A DNA stretch of 63,186 nt, filler included, from Bigelowiella natans CCMP2755 (taxonomy: Eukaryota; Protista; Cercozoa), in the NCBI GenBank assembly GCA_000320545.1. It is 8 parts of 8 records of this genome, joined end to end, with 100 filler letters (N's around TTAATTAATTAA, not from the genome) between each part and the next. Parts side by side here need not be neighbours in the genome. Positions count along the whole stretch, not along the records: positions 10,384 to 17,239 come from ADNK01000912.1; positions 17,340 to 27,582 come from ADNK01003350.1; 6 more parts are not named here. One strand, 5' to 3'. Of the stretch, positions 12,894-27,100 are shown piece by piece. A program made the translations under genes and the position numbers. The notes below the pieces were generated by a model. It did not search any database. It was not told the DNA's origin and saw nothing but the letters and a program-made list of their open reading frames with translations. The number at the start of each line of letters is the position of its first letter. Position 1 is the stretch's first letter.

Positions 12894-14419
12894 GTTTGCT
12901 ACGATTACGCACCAGCATAGGTTTGAATGGGGGGGGGGGGGAGAGAGAGAGAGAGAGAAAGAGTGACAGAATACTTCCTCACTGACCAGATTCGGGTGGG
13001 GGGCCTCTAAGCGAGTTAACATGGAGTACGTTCGCAACCATAGCATCCAGTTGAGATTCGACGAGGTGATCCCTCGTGCTGTCTGTCTCTGCAGCGCCAA
13101 CCGCATCTTCCATGCCTAACTGAGTAATGAGCAGCGTTGCTATCAGAGAAACCGTCGCTTTAGAATTTGTTGAATGTCGCATGTCGCATGTGCTTCGGTA
13201 ATGGTGGCAATAATTTTCGCTCAATAGCTCACTCGCACGTCTTCCTTCTCCTTAGAGTCATCGTCTCCCTTGAAGTCATCATCCACATTCATCTCCATTC
13301 GAATCTCGTTCTTGGCATCTTCGCCGCCGTTCTCCTTGTAATCATCATCTTTTGCACATTTCTCTTCATCGGCCCTGCCTAAGCAATTCACATCTTACGT
13401 CGGTGATGGCCATTCTTAGCCCCTGCGGAGCTCGTAGTAGTGTTCGCTTTATATCACTATTGCTACTGCCACTATTGCTGGTGCTATCACTTATTACAAA
13501 AACATCTTAACCGACCTTTCCCTCCTTCACTAGTAATAGCAGTAGACGTCTCTTGCGACGGCGGCACGAGTGAGATCATTTCAAATATCTCTCCTTCTCC
13601 TTGTTCTTCTCTTTGTTTAAGTGCCGGCCCATTTGGGGATATGATGACTGGCGACGCTGATATATCATTAGAATACCAAATTCAGCTGAGTCATTTCGAT
13701 TCGTATGCTTGCACTTCCTCGCCAAGACGGCAGATACTTTTTGTTTGACTGACTACCACCTGTGCTACGCGTTGTCGCGGATGTGTCAGGAGCCTTTTCG
13801 TCCACCTTCTCCTCGCTCAATACAATGCATTGATTTACCTTGAAAATGTTGCGACACATACATACATCAGGTGCTATAAACTGACGGCACTGTGAAAGCT
13901 ATGCAAGCATGATTCTGCGCTTTCATTGTCTTTTCATAATAATGCAAACCCTACTACTACCAGCATTTCGAGAGCACGTGCCTCGCCTACGCTCTGCGCT
14001 GAAACTTTCTCAATCTGGAGTATTACGTAGAATATTGCAATTGGGATGACAATATGCGGTGGAATGTTAAGGAAATTGATAGCGTAAATGCAGCAACCTG
14101 TGCCTGGATTTTCTCAACGGAGAGGTTTGTGAACATCTCGCAGAGATAAAGAAGCCATTCCTCGGCCTTCCGGCTTCCAGCGCTGCATGTATAGCCATCA
14201 TAAAAGAACAACTATATCTTACGAATAATCACGGCCAATATGTGTACATGAGCGGGGAGAGATGGAAGGTTTCATCCAACTCACCTGTTTGAAAGCATGT
14301 TTCGTTAATAAGGCAAAAAGGAGGCTGGAGTGTGGGTGTGGCGCAGGATGAATTCTTCTGAGCCTGTGGGTTCCGACGTACATCTCACCAGTACGAGAAA
14401 CTGGGGATAATATTTCCAT
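10489..14419 (-). CDS. PUB (PUG)-domain protein, multi-exon; outer boundaries approximate
   Basis: Exons near 12830-12735 (LAWKLLARLAENIAKSPTNPKFRRVPLSEK), 12600-12530 (VSRKLSFLEGSLELCSSIGF) and 12293-12200 (KQYLFLPDDSLNLKVLK) give the PUB consensus. Assignment of the flanking exons to the same gene is inferred. Confidence 0.7.
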
Positions 14420-14685
14420 GCGACAACCTTATTTACTTGTCGCATTTAATAAATGATTACGTGCCTTCTCTTTTATATCTGCGACACAGAATGGAGGTTG
14501 TCGTATGCGCTCTTTCGGAGAAACTTCCTTCTAGGACTACAGTACTTTTATTATCCTAGAAATATCCAAAAATATCTCGTTCCCCCCGAAAAGATAGACT
14601 TTTAAAATCACCATCGGATGTCCGATCATGCCGATGAATTGAATCGATGAAATATCTGAAATATTTTACCCGAAACCATATCCGA

Positions 14686-15352
14686 ATGCAGGTGGATGCC
14701 AAGTATGAGGGCTTGGACGGGCAGGATCCTGTCGAGGAGCCTTTGCACGAGAATGGCCGTGTTCGCATCCGCCTTAGAAACTTGCTACTCATTCTAGCCA
14801 TTACTATGGGTTCTTGCTTAGGTTGTTCGCACTACTGGGGTTAATTCCTCGCAGAACCATCTTTACATGCCTTTCTCATTTCCCCCCTCCGCACATCGTA
14901 ATTCCAGGAGCGTTCATATTTGGCTACTCACTTGGATTCACATCACCGACGCTCTTAGCAATGCAAGGTCACCAGCTGGTTCACGTCGGTCGATTCGATC
15001 TAATATTCTATCCATGTGTGCAGGAGACCCTTCCCTAAGGAGGGGTGTTCTCTTTTCCGAAGAAAGTTGCCATGGGAAAACTGTCCGGTCGTCGTATGGC
15101 AGCTTATTCGTGTCAATGCTCTCATTAGGGGTAGACCGCTGAGACAAGAATGATGATATAGTGCTTGATGATGTTGATGGTGTTGATAGTAGTTGTGGTA
15201 GAAGTAGTGGTAGTAGTAGTAGTAGTAGTAGTAGTGACGGTTGTGGTGATGGTGTATGGGTAGTAACGATTGTATCTTGCATCTAATTGAATGTATAGGC
15301 TGTGTTTGGTTCCCTAAGTTCTGGAAAATTTAGCGACACCTTTGGTATCTTC

Positions 15353-15393
<41 letters not shown>

Positions 15394-15938
15394 CATATTC
15401 GTGCTTATTATTAATGCACACAAACACACGCACAAACATGCAATGTAATTATGTATAGCATCCATTTGCTGTGTAGTTGACTTATTATAAATTGTTACTC
15501 ACACGGGGCTTGCTCCACCTTTATGTAGGGCGAAGGAGGGCGATGATTCTGAGTAAAAATCACAATGCAAATGACATATCATGTTGGTTTTCATAGCCAC
15601 GCTGACCGTCTCTTCGTCGTGCACAACATTCAATGCCTCCTTCCCCCACTATTCAGGCGGAATTATCTTCGCTTCAGGCTATTCCTGGCTATATGTCACC
15701 CATAGCTGGCTGCAGGTTGTTATGTTGTGGGAGATAACGACGATTCTGACCGAAGCATGATTGCCTATCATGATGATTTCTTAGGTTTGCTTTGGTTCTT
15801 CCATGTCCACTGTTGATGTTGTTCTTCTTCTCCTTGTTGTTGTTGATGATGATGATGATATGGTTGCTATCAATACGTTTGTCGCAGGCGATTTTATCCC
15901 GGATACTCACTGGATTTGGTAGATGCGTGTCTTATTCT

Positions 15939-15975
<37 letters not shown>

Positions 15976-16325
15976 TAATGTGTGTGTGTGTGTGTTTGTG
16001 CGTGTGTATACGGCATGAAATATATCTACTACTATTCGTGATTATTGAACGAACCAGCGACTGGAATTGCTTCCATGGTGGTCCCGATGTATATCACCGA
16101 GATATCTCCACCAGACTACAAAGGTAGATGATGATGATGATGGAGGCGATTGCACTAATTCAAGACACGCATGATGAAAGTCAATGCGGCCCTTATCCCC
16201 AATGCAACGGCAGGTGCATACTGCGTTTTGAACCAGCTCATGATGACTCTTGGAATCCTCACCGTATTCGTTTGCGGGGCACTGGTGGGTGCTCGGTAGT
16301 ATAGGCTGGTGTGTGTGTGTGTTAA

Positions 16326-16367
<42 letters not shown>

Positions 16368-16547
16368 CAAGTGAAAGAAATGGAAAGACGAAGAATTAGA
16401 GGAGGAAGGAAAATGGCGATTCTTCTATTAATAATAATAGTATTATTATTAATTAGTTGTTGTGATATCTCATGATAGTTTCCGCACGAGCTTTCGACAT
16501 ATTCTTCAAGCAGCTGTGAAGGGGTCGAAATACACACCATAGGTCAC

Positions 16548-16585
<38 letters not shown>

Positions 16586-17057
16586 ACCACTACAATCGCC
16601 ATACTTTCATACTACGGCTATCACTATCCGCTTCTTCTACCACTTCCGCGTTGTACATTTCGCATCTCGTGTTGTTCTTCTGACAGGAGAGTGAATTGCA
16701 ATTGCCCTTGTTTCATGCGACTTTGCGACTTGGCTACCAAGTGGCGCATATTCCTTGCTTTTTCCATCTGCACGGCAAATACCCGAGCCTTCTTGTGCGT
16801 GGGGCGACAGATAGCAGCGGTAACATATTAACGTGCTTTGGTCTCTGTGTAGGAGCAAATTGGAGACTACTAGCGCTCATTGGAAGCATAATATCCGGTA
16901 CTTACCACCATCGCCCATCACCATCACCATCACCTTTCCAACAGCGTCATTAACGAAGTGTATATCTGGAAAAGATGAAGAACTCACGTTAATGTCGTTA
17001 GTGCTGCGCGTTGAACTACGCTTCCCACCCGTTTGGGAGTAGCATGCGTGTTGTACA

Positions 17058-17095
<38 letters not shown>

Positions 17096-17239
17096 GATTG
17101 TGTTGTTTGTATGGGAGTCTTTCTCTTGTTCTTCTTCTCCTTCCGATTACATATTACATTATTAACATCAGCAATCTTCGTCGTGGTCGCTGCTATGCTG
17201 CCAGAATCGCCGGGTATTACCCTCCCCCCCCCCCCCCCC
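14686..17239 (+). CDS. MFS sugar-porter family transporter (ERD6/GLUT8/Tret1-like), N-terminal half; truncated by the contig end
   Basis: Spliced motifs: AFIFGYSLGFTSP, GKFSDTFGRRRAMIL, SRILTGF, SMVVPMYITEISPPDYKG, NQLMMTLGIL, NWRLLA, LPESP. Confidence 0.93.
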
Positions 17240-17339
17240 NNNNNNNNNNNNNNNNNNNNNNNNNNNNNNNNNNNNNNNNNNNNTTAATTAATTAANNNNN
17301 NNNNNNNNNNNNNNNNNNNNNNNNNNNNNNNNNNNNNNN
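17240..17339. other. artificial contig spacer
   Basis: N44-TTAATTAATTAA-N44. Confidence 0.99.
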
Positions 17340-17949
17340 TCGAGATAATTGATCATTTACCTGACGTTTAGCTATGCATCCCATTATTATTTCAGTTGCA
17401 TTTAGATTGCTTGTATGGACGCCGTTACTTGCTGCTTTGTTACAAACATGGGCTTGGATGCAGGTAATATAGGATAGGAATGGTGGGGGTAGCGCTCAGT
17501 TCGATGATTATACACCAATTTTCAGCACGTCCATGTAATTTTCCTATTTTTCATATCGTTTGTCTTTCGATTGATATTCTGCAAATATTGATATGATATG
17601 AATTGTGTTTGGATTGTATCATGGGCCCATGCTATTAATCATAAGAGAGTCGTCATCATCTTTTTATGTGTAATTACATGTATCTTAGGTAACTTTGAAA
17701 GGAAAGTACCTTTCTGATATCAAATCTGCTGTACTTTCTCTTGTATAGAATTGTATCCAAATAAGAAGAAACAATCCTTGACCATTGTTCTTAGTTAGCA
17801 CAAATAGTGTAAATATAAATCCTATGATATCTAGATGTACATATCTCGAAATAATATCAAAGATTAGAGCATAGTTTGAAAAGTTCTCGGTAAAGCAAAG
17901 ATCTAGAGATGTCATCGCACTTTTCATTATTAGTACTCGCAGTTGATGT

Positions 17950-18900
17950 CACATGCATTGGGGCAAATGAACTTGCAACAACATTTGTAGGCATTTTTTA
18001 TATATTGATTAGCGAGGTGGTTGACAGTTAGAGATGTTATTCAATGGTTGTTCACACAAATCTAGACATGCGTTTCCACGACTAGAAATGTGCTGGCTGC
18101 TAGCTGACGAGTAATCTGTACCGCCCAGATATAGGGATAAATTAGATTATGCGTGTAGAGCTTTGGTTTTACTAAGCTAGTAAGGATGCCTCCTTTTTGC
18201 ACTAGCTAGCTAGCGCAGGTTTATATAACATGCTAGCATGGACTATGTAGTACGTCAAGGCACAACTAAATGCAAAGCTAGAAAGGTTCTGTGTATGCTA
18301 GCATGACTAGATGACTGCATCACCGCAATGTGCAATGATCGCATTCTGTAGGAAACATGCATCCCTAGATCCAGCTAGCATGCTAGCATGACATCTCTAG
18401 CTTGACAGATCTGTCGATCATGACGTGTGCATCTAGCTAGCTAGACTTGTCAAGATCTAAACACACTAGCATGACGATGATGGCTGTAGTAGAGATCTTG
18501 CTAACTAGCTAGCTAGAGGTGGTCGTAGCGCATCCGCAAAGTGGCATTGTCACCGCGCCCTGCTAGCCTGACTAGCTGAATTGCACCACTAGCAGACCAT
18601 CTAGCCATGCTAGCATGCTGCGTGCGATGTCTAGATGTGTGTGCCCACGTACTGATTGGTTCATGCCGCATCATCATCAACACTGAAATAGTTGCATTGT
18701 GCTTTCCAAATTGCTTTGTCGCATGCTAGCATGCACATGTGTCAATCGTCACAGTGATGAGAAAATTGACGAATGTGATGCGTTAGAAATGTGATGCATG
18801 GCCTGATGCTCTCTCTGCAACCACATGCAACGATGATGATGTCTCAACATTAATTAAGAACCAGTACTTCACCATGAAGTGGGTAGCTTCTGCGCCATAT
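17950..18900. other. intergenic CTAG/CATG/TGCA-rich tract with partial TpA loss
   Basis: Dense ctagctagc and gctagcatgc words. From ~18300 to 18840 most surviving TA steps lie inside CTAG. No ORF is present. Confidence 0.7.
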
Positions 18901-19070
18901 GCATAGCCACAAGAATGTGTACAATGAAGTGTCACAAAAGTTCCGCAGGATTGAAAACGAAGAAATTGTTAAGGGCCTGATACTCTGCCATGTATTTTGT
19001 GAATAGCATGACAGCATCGAGATCTATGTCGATCTATTTCATACTTTCATGTTAGTAGATGGAAAGTTCC

Positions 19071-22000
19071 TTAGTTAACGTAAATGGTAGATGAAAAGTT
19101 CCTTAGTTTACGTAAATGCGGAGGGGATTTCGAATCGACACTGTTGCTTGTTTGTGTAGTCCCTTCGATTGCTGACGTATCTGACTCGCTACAAGCTATT
19201 GTGACAATGTCATACGATCCATTCATTTTTCTAGATTTTACGGAATCTTGCCCAAAATTTGGTAATTTATGTTGCGACGAGTGGCTGAACTTTGGCAATT
19301 TGGCTTGCGACGAGTGTCTGGATGTCGTTACTTCAGGGGAAATAGAAAACCAACTATCAGTAGGTTCAAATATATTCGCAATTTTGAGCATCCACCACAA
19401 CAAACTTATTACGCCATTTACACCTTTCTGTGTTCTGATTCCTTGACTGTTTCCTTCAAGATCGAGTGCCCTTAATGTACCAGCACCGTGCGAAGGTGTT
19501 CGAACCCGTCTGTCGACCGAATTGCTGCCAGTCTTTCTGTGGTGTGCAGTATGTTACAAAGTTACAAATGCCATGTTGTCATCAGATTGTCTAATCAACA
19601 TAAAAAATGCAGGAGACCCTGAGGAGCTGGCCTTGGAGCCGCTAATTTTTTGCACTGTATTGCTATACATCCAAAGTGTTAGGCCCATGATGCAAGCTTC
19701 AAAGACCAGCTGTAGAGGCACGGTCACCGCAAGAGCTTCTTCATTATATGCCAGCACTGCCGAAGTTATCCACACACCCTGTAATTTGCATCTCGTTTTC
19801 AAGTGAATACTTCGTTCGCACAATGTACAGTACCGTCAATCCCAAAAACATTATTCCTTGCAGTGGAGCAAGAAAACGAAGCTTTTTGGTTGTTTTGGAA
19901 TGCATCGAAGATCCAGTAAGAGAATCAGTTTCAAGTAATTTTCTTCTCAAAGCTAGACCGTAGTACACATAGGCACCAACCTGTCAGCAAAAAACATGTA
20001 TTCATACGAGGTAGCAATTCGTCCATAAAATCTGCACATAAAAAGGGTTATGTAATACCAACAAACAAGAAACCGAGCCCATGGCAAGAGATCCAATCAA
20101 GACTGCCTCTTCAATCTTGTACCATATCAGTAGAACTTAAAATAACACATAAACAGTTACTTCATTACAACCTAAATGGCAATGTTCGTACCAAGAAGCA
20201 GCCACGTGGTTGAGGTTGACGCTACACTGGACAAGATGTAAAACTTGACATATGGCCTGAAAATTACACCAGTAATTTTTTATTCAAATTTAAAATTGTT
20301 TTTACAGACCCGAAGGGGTCTCTTCCTTTTGTAAACCGAACGAAACTCATCCATTGAAATGGAACTAAACTTACAGATAGGAAACTCGCCTAAAGTGTTG
20401 GAGTGACCACAGGTTTGATTTAGCAAGATGGATCAATAGTTGAGAAGTTTCTCAATTTAATAATATTGTTTCACCGTATACGGAAGAGCAGAAACCACTA
20501 AAATTAGACGAACATCTGAATGCTCAACTGACAAATTCTCATCAATGCTTGCGTATAAGATACAACTGATCACTCTGAGTTAAAGAAATAGTAGTGATGT
20601 TTCCTTATTTTTTAAATGTTTGGTAGAACTTACCTGAAAATACTATGCAGAATTATCAGAATATGTCCGAAACCTAGGCCATGTAAAAAAGAGTTTTAGT
20701 TGTCTCAAAAACACCATGAATCGATTGAATTTTGGTTTACTTATCCAGGTTCTCAATTGTTTTGATTCCACAATAATCATTCTCCACAATTGAACCATAC
20801 TGATTAACCCAATGGAGGCGAATATTGAAATTCCTATATTTATAAAGTGACTCTTCATATTAATTTATACTTCCACATTTTAAAAACTAACCAATAATAT
20901 AAGAGACGCGTAGCTCCTCGAAAATAACATCTTCATCCTGATTTTCACTATTCTGTTCATCATCTACTCTCCGGCCAACAAGTACAAATTCCGTAAGATG
21001 GTTGCAGACACAGTGGTAGCTTATCCCGGTATTTACTGACGTAGTCATCGTCGTACAACCAACATCAGTCAAGGTGTTTAAGTTTCTATCGAAATATACG
21101 CAATGAATATCGTTCGGGAGTATATTTTCCGTCCTCTGGTCAACGATTGGCATTCTAATAACAATGTTCTCATCGTCGATAAATCTTCTAATAGGCATTC
21201 CATTGGACCCCAAAATATTAACATCATGGACATCCGTGAGTAGGATGTACCCGTTAAATCGATTTCCTGGATTGTCCAATTCGCTGTTGACTAAACTGAG
21301 AATACTACCAGAGGTCCATGTCAGGCGAGTTCCTCTAAAGGAATTATTTTGAAGAGGTGGTTGTAAGGGAGGACGAATTAAGGGGGTCTGCACGCGTGGG
21401 AATTCAATTTGGGCGGTGATGCCGCCTAAAGTAGAAGAAGAATTACTTTGAATGGTAGAATCGAAAGTTTCGACAGTTGTGACAAAGCTCAGTTGTAAAA
21501 ACTCGATAGCATCTTCTCCAATAATTTGGTTATCAGCAGCTCGGAAGGTGTATTCTAACAGATAATCTTGCACATTTGACGAGTTTGCAACAATTGCTAT
21601 TCGTGAAATTGATTGTCTAATATCAGAACCTATATCAGTGAAAGGATCGATTCCCTGTACGTTTTGAACCAGGGTTCTGAGAAGACTTTCAGTTTGGATG
21701 TATTGTGCTGGGTTTGCTATAGTAGAAAACAAAAGAAAACGAAGTAACTGCGTCGTTCGGAAGAAACCAAGATCTCCCAGAACAGACTGTCCTACCGATA
21801 CAAATTCGAGGATTTGTATCCAAGTATCTCGAAAGATTGCTTGTGAAGAAATGGGGTTTTCTGGCACGGAGACGTTTTCTTCATCGTCATCACTATTTTC
21901 TGACGTGAAAACGTCGATGCTTGCATCCTCTTCAATGACAAGTCCATACACACTTAGGATAGATAGGGCAGAATCGAAACCATTTGCATAGTTCTGAGTG

Positions 22001-24480
22001 GCCAATAAAATGGCAAAGGATTCCTCGATGGCAAAGTCAGTCGTAGTAACAATTCCTGAGGAGGCCAAAGCATTGTCAAGTGCTTGGAATATGAATGATG
22101 GGTTCTGGGGATCAACAGAATTGGAAGAAACGTTGACAGTATCCGTTGATATTAGTACTGATGTTGAGCCAAAGGAATCTCTCACAGTCACCTGGACACG
22201 ATGGATCCCTGCAGGAAGAAGAACGTTTTCAAGCCGATTACGAAAACCGGGAAGACCCAGAAGATTCACAGTAGAGTCATTTACGATGACACCAAATTCG
22301 TAGATCAAAGGAGATGAAGAATCTAAATCAGAAGCCAGAACGCTGAATTCAAAATTAGTTGAAAATTCGACGCCTTCTGCTGGATTAAATGACAGGTCAG
22401 CTATTATCGGAGCGTTGTCCAAGTTGACATCCACGAGGGATGTAGAGCTTGTCCCTAGATCTTCGTTGTAAACAGAGACGGAAAATTGATAAAATTCAAA
22501 AGGAAGTTCCGTGGCGTCTATGACCAAAGTTCCGCCAACAGGTGAAAGACGAAAATCAGGAATACTTAAATTTCTAAGGATTTCTCTCCATTCATAATTT
22601 AATATGAAACTTTCCGAAGAAGCTACTTCAGCTCGCTGACAGAAGGAATGTAACGTTAGTGAAGAAATGAGAAAACAAAAACAGATAAACAGATATTTAA
22701 TGCCTGACCAGTCTGAGGCGGTCCCCTCTTCGGACTAGTCCGGGTCTTGGAGAAAGTATCTGTGTTGTTTAATTTAAGTTGTTTGCAATTGAATGAGGGG
22801 TAAAAGTGATCTTATTTTTAGAAGTCAATATTTGGTTTTCCATACCTGAACAATTGGAACTTGTTCGGCAAGTATGGTGATAAGGGTTGATGCAGTTGCA
22901 TTTCTAACCAACTTCGACAGTTCATGCTGTACAGAATACAACACTTCGACAATGTACCTGAACAAGAAAGACGACTTCAGAATTTAGAATATTCAAACTA
23001 GGGTACATCGTTGATCGACCTTCCAGATACTACAAACGCTGAGCTGTTAGTTCGAAGTAAAGCTTGATTATTCAAAAACTCGAGATACTGGGAGCAATCT
23101 TGCGAACCAATATCGAAGCGGCATGACCATGTGAAAGTTTGAATTGTGCCCGGCAATTGCGCCGGATCGAATGACCCAGATGCATCTGAAACAGCAGAAT
23201 TCATCATTGATTCGTGAGATTTGAGATAGGAATTTGGTAATGCAATGTTTTTGGTTAGTTGTGTTAAGACCAAGTTGCAGGATTGAATCTTTGGGGACAT
23301 CAACTGTGCTTCCAAAGTTTAGTCCAGCTACCACATCGACAGTTTCTGCGAGAAAGTTGGATTCAGCAGAAAAATTCGTGACGGAGTACAGTGTCCCAAA
23401 GTTTGCGACAAATTGCACATTGTATTCCCCTCCGGGAATTAATGTCCCTTGCGGAATTTGAAAGTAAAGCGTATTTTTTGCAGAAAGCACGATCTCGCTC
23501 CCAGCATCTAGATCAGTAGATAAGGATCGTTGAAGAATCCATGTGTATTGAAAGGTATTTGCTATTTCCAAGGAAACGTTTACTTGACTTGAATGAACTA
23601 TGACAGCAACTAGAGTATTGAAGGAACTTAACGGTGAAAGGATAGTAGGGACTTGCAATTCAATGTAAGGCACATTCCGGTTAATAAAGATTAGGATGTG
23701 CGTTTGGAGAGGAGATACCAACCCTCTTTCTGAGTCTGTAACTAATAGCTGTACATTGATTCTATCACCACTTGATAGAGGTTGCGAAATGAAGTTCAGG
23801 TAGAATAAAAGAGAGCTAGTATTCAACCTCAATTCGGGACTCGAACTTAATGTAGACAGAGATACTCTGGAAAGATTTCCAAGAAGGAACCATTCAAACG
23901 TGACTTTTTCGATTGATGTAGGAGAAGACACTGTAGCATATATTGAAATTTCGTCGTCATCTCCAATATATGCAGGCCCTGACACTAAAGCAAGAGACGG
24001 TTCCAAGGTTAACAAAGGTGCAAACACGGGAACCAAATCATCCACACTCATTCCTAGTTCAACCAAACCTCCTCTTTGAAACCATAAGAGGGTGTATGTG
24101 GGATCTCCCAGTATATCAACGGGACCTGAATCTCTATTCCTTGCACTGTGCCTTCCGTCGTTCTCTACGATGAGAATATCGTCCGCATAGAGTAGAGAGC
24201 CGTCATCCGACCGTGTGAGAAAGGTGTGAAATTTTTTATCGGGTAATATGAGTTTGAACAAGAAGATGCACACCATGTCATTTTCCTCCGGAACTGTGAG
24301 GTTTGAATGAAAGCTCACGGGTATTGGCTCAAACGTATCAGACCATTGTTGTAGAGTCATGGAATCAAGCCGGTCAATCTGCATAGAAGTGCATCTTCGC
24401 TCTACTGGTTGCGAGGATGCTGCCGTCAACACACATGTAACAAGACAACCGATCAAGGCGTGAATGGGCATCGGCGCCAT
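19071..24480 (-). CDS. polycystin-1/adhesion-GPCR-like receptor: signal peptide, PA14, PKD/REJ-like region, GAIN/GPS, multi-TM region, Ser-rich tail
   Basis: Signal-like start MAPMPIHALIGCLVTCVLTAASS. PA14 motif TRSDDGSLLYADDILIVENDGRH...WFQRGG. REJ-type motifs DASGSFDP, FTWSC, PAEGVEFSTNFEF and PLIYEFG. GPS motif CVYFD...GC...HCVCNHLTEF. Hydrophobic exons lie at ~20900-19640. Exact exon boundaries were not all resolved. Confidence 0.85.
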
Positions 24481-25012
24481 GTTACTTGAGGTTGCAATCA
24501 ATTCGTAGTTACAAATAATTGTCAATATCCCCATACTTTTGCTTCTACGGCAAACATTTTGGTATTACATCTTGAGGAAGTGGCGTTGTTATCAGAGAGA
24601 GGTACGAGTCGTAGCTAAAAGGAAACGGAGGCACGCACGCTACTGCACACTATGTGCACACTTAAGCAGATACTGGTAGTTGACATAATTCATTGTCAGA
24701 ATGCAGTCCTTTCATCATGAGCGACATGAACAAATGGTAGTCTACGTGCTATCAAGAGCTGCAAGCAGCAGAACAAGGCAGCAGCAGCAGCACAAATCTT
24801 GTTAAAGAAGGGTAGATCTAGATCTAAATATTAGAGCTGATGATGATCATTTATTATTTTATTAGATCTATTTATTGAATGATTAAATGAAGTTCGAACA
24901 ATATTCTTAGGTGATTTTGGTAAGACAAGTCACTTTATTTCCCATTCGATCCAGACTCTGACCTGCAAGATTGTTCTTTTGGTGATTTTGTGGTGGAAAT
25001 CACAGGGAAGAG

Positions 25013-25066
<54 letters not shown>

Positions 25067-25881
25067 CGAGAAAAGGGAGACAAGAGAAACTACCTGCTAG
25101 TTAGCATCCCACCCCCTACTCCAAGGTCATCTCATGTATCATTCAAATTTAAACATCACTCACACGATCAAGCGCATGCAGCTTCGTACCATACTGCACC
25201 AGGGCTGGCCATCAGCACCAGTATACTGCTAAAGATGAGGAAAAGAGATGAATAATACCATTGGTTGTATGTAGGAGGCCCTTCAAGCTATTAGCTAATT
25301 GCACTTTCCTTTCCCTCTCCCTCTCTCTGGAGAGGCGGCGGGTTGGATTGAGTGAACAAGAGAGGTAGTGGTTAGTAGATACGGGGCAACGGAAGCAGTC
25401 GTGTGCGGGGGAGCGGGTGGTGGAGTTCGGTTGAGAGGCCATCATAAAATAGCAGCGCCAGAAATGCTGTTTTCAGTAGAATGGTTTCGCACAACATATT
25501 TTAGGAAGTTGGTCTAGCATTCCCATTATGGAATGTATAATTGAGCATGTAAGAGAATCTGCAGTAGATCCTCTCTTCCGAACTGGTAGTAGTAGTTGTA
25601 GTAGTAGTAGTAGTAGTAGTAGTAGCTATAGACGGATAGAGATTGTAGCATATTGGCAGCAAGAACAATAGTAATAATAATAGTAATAATAATAATAACG
25701 AAGAAGAACCACTTTGTAAGATGTAGTGCTCTATACTACTATACTACTACCACACCACCACCATCAACAACGACAACAACTACTACTACTACTACTAGCT
25801 GCATTTACACACAATAGGGCAGCGTACTACTACTGCCTTGTCACTCTTAAACGACTCCTCCTCCTCCTGCTGCTGCTACTA

Positions 25882-25921
<40 letters not shown>

Positions 25922-26739
25922 CATTCTATGACCTGTGAAGCTAGCAACCCTACAGGCACTAATGACATGCGTATTGATGATAAACAAATAACAACCTCCA
26001 CGACAAACAAACATAGCTTCTACTACGCGTGGACGAAGGCAAGGGGAAAGAATTGAAACGATATCTGCGTTTCTTCGGTAATAAAACTTTGTTTTCACAC
26101 CATTAAGTAGTTATATGTTAAGTGTGTGCATATTCATAGTAAACACGCAAATATATAATACATCGCAAATGTGCAAAGCATATATGTATCATGCGGCATC
26201 ACATCCGTGATCATTGTCTGTCTTTCTTTCCTTTATTATGTACACATTTTTGTGCTTTTCATAGCCTCATCATTATTGTTATTATCATCATCTTGCTTTG
26301 GCTTTTTCGTCTCCATCCACATTGGGTTCCTGTAGTTAGCATGAGTTTGATCGCTACAACAGATATGTGACAGCTTTGACTTGCTAATCATTCATTATAA
26401 CACTCTTCTTCTCACCGTCAATCCCCAATATAGAACAATGGCTGTTGTCACATTTTTCCTCTTGATCCTGGTACAGCAACTTAGTCACCTACTACTACTC
26501 TTGCAGACATGGAAAGATAGTCGATAATGGGGAAGTACTGTTATATTTCTATTTTATCAATTTATTCATGATACTGGTGATAACGATTTTGCGAAATAAG
26601 CGCATGAAATATAATCCATCGTTGTTTGGTAAATGGCCAATGATGGTGGTTGGTGCAGGTGCCAATGCTGCTTGAGCAAAGTAGGAGTACCAATAACAAC
26701 GGAAAAGGCAGCAGCAGCACGAATTGGTTTAGCAACCAG

Positions 26740-26773
<34 letters not shown>

Positions 26774-27023
26774 ACCTACTACTGCATGTAAGCATGTGGT
26801 ATATACGCACGATATCCTACAATATCACGCCTTCTGCGTTCAAACGGCTATTGATTTGATGATATCGGCCAATAAGGAATAGTGTATTTAGATGCAAAAG
26901 CTGGTTGTATGATTTAGGATCAATTAAAGTGTAATGATGATGATGATGATGATGACGTTGTATCAAATTAAAAGAATTTAGGACATCCAATTCGCTGCTC
27001 TTGTCTGTCACTCGTCGAACCTT

Positions 27024-27100
<77 letters not shown>

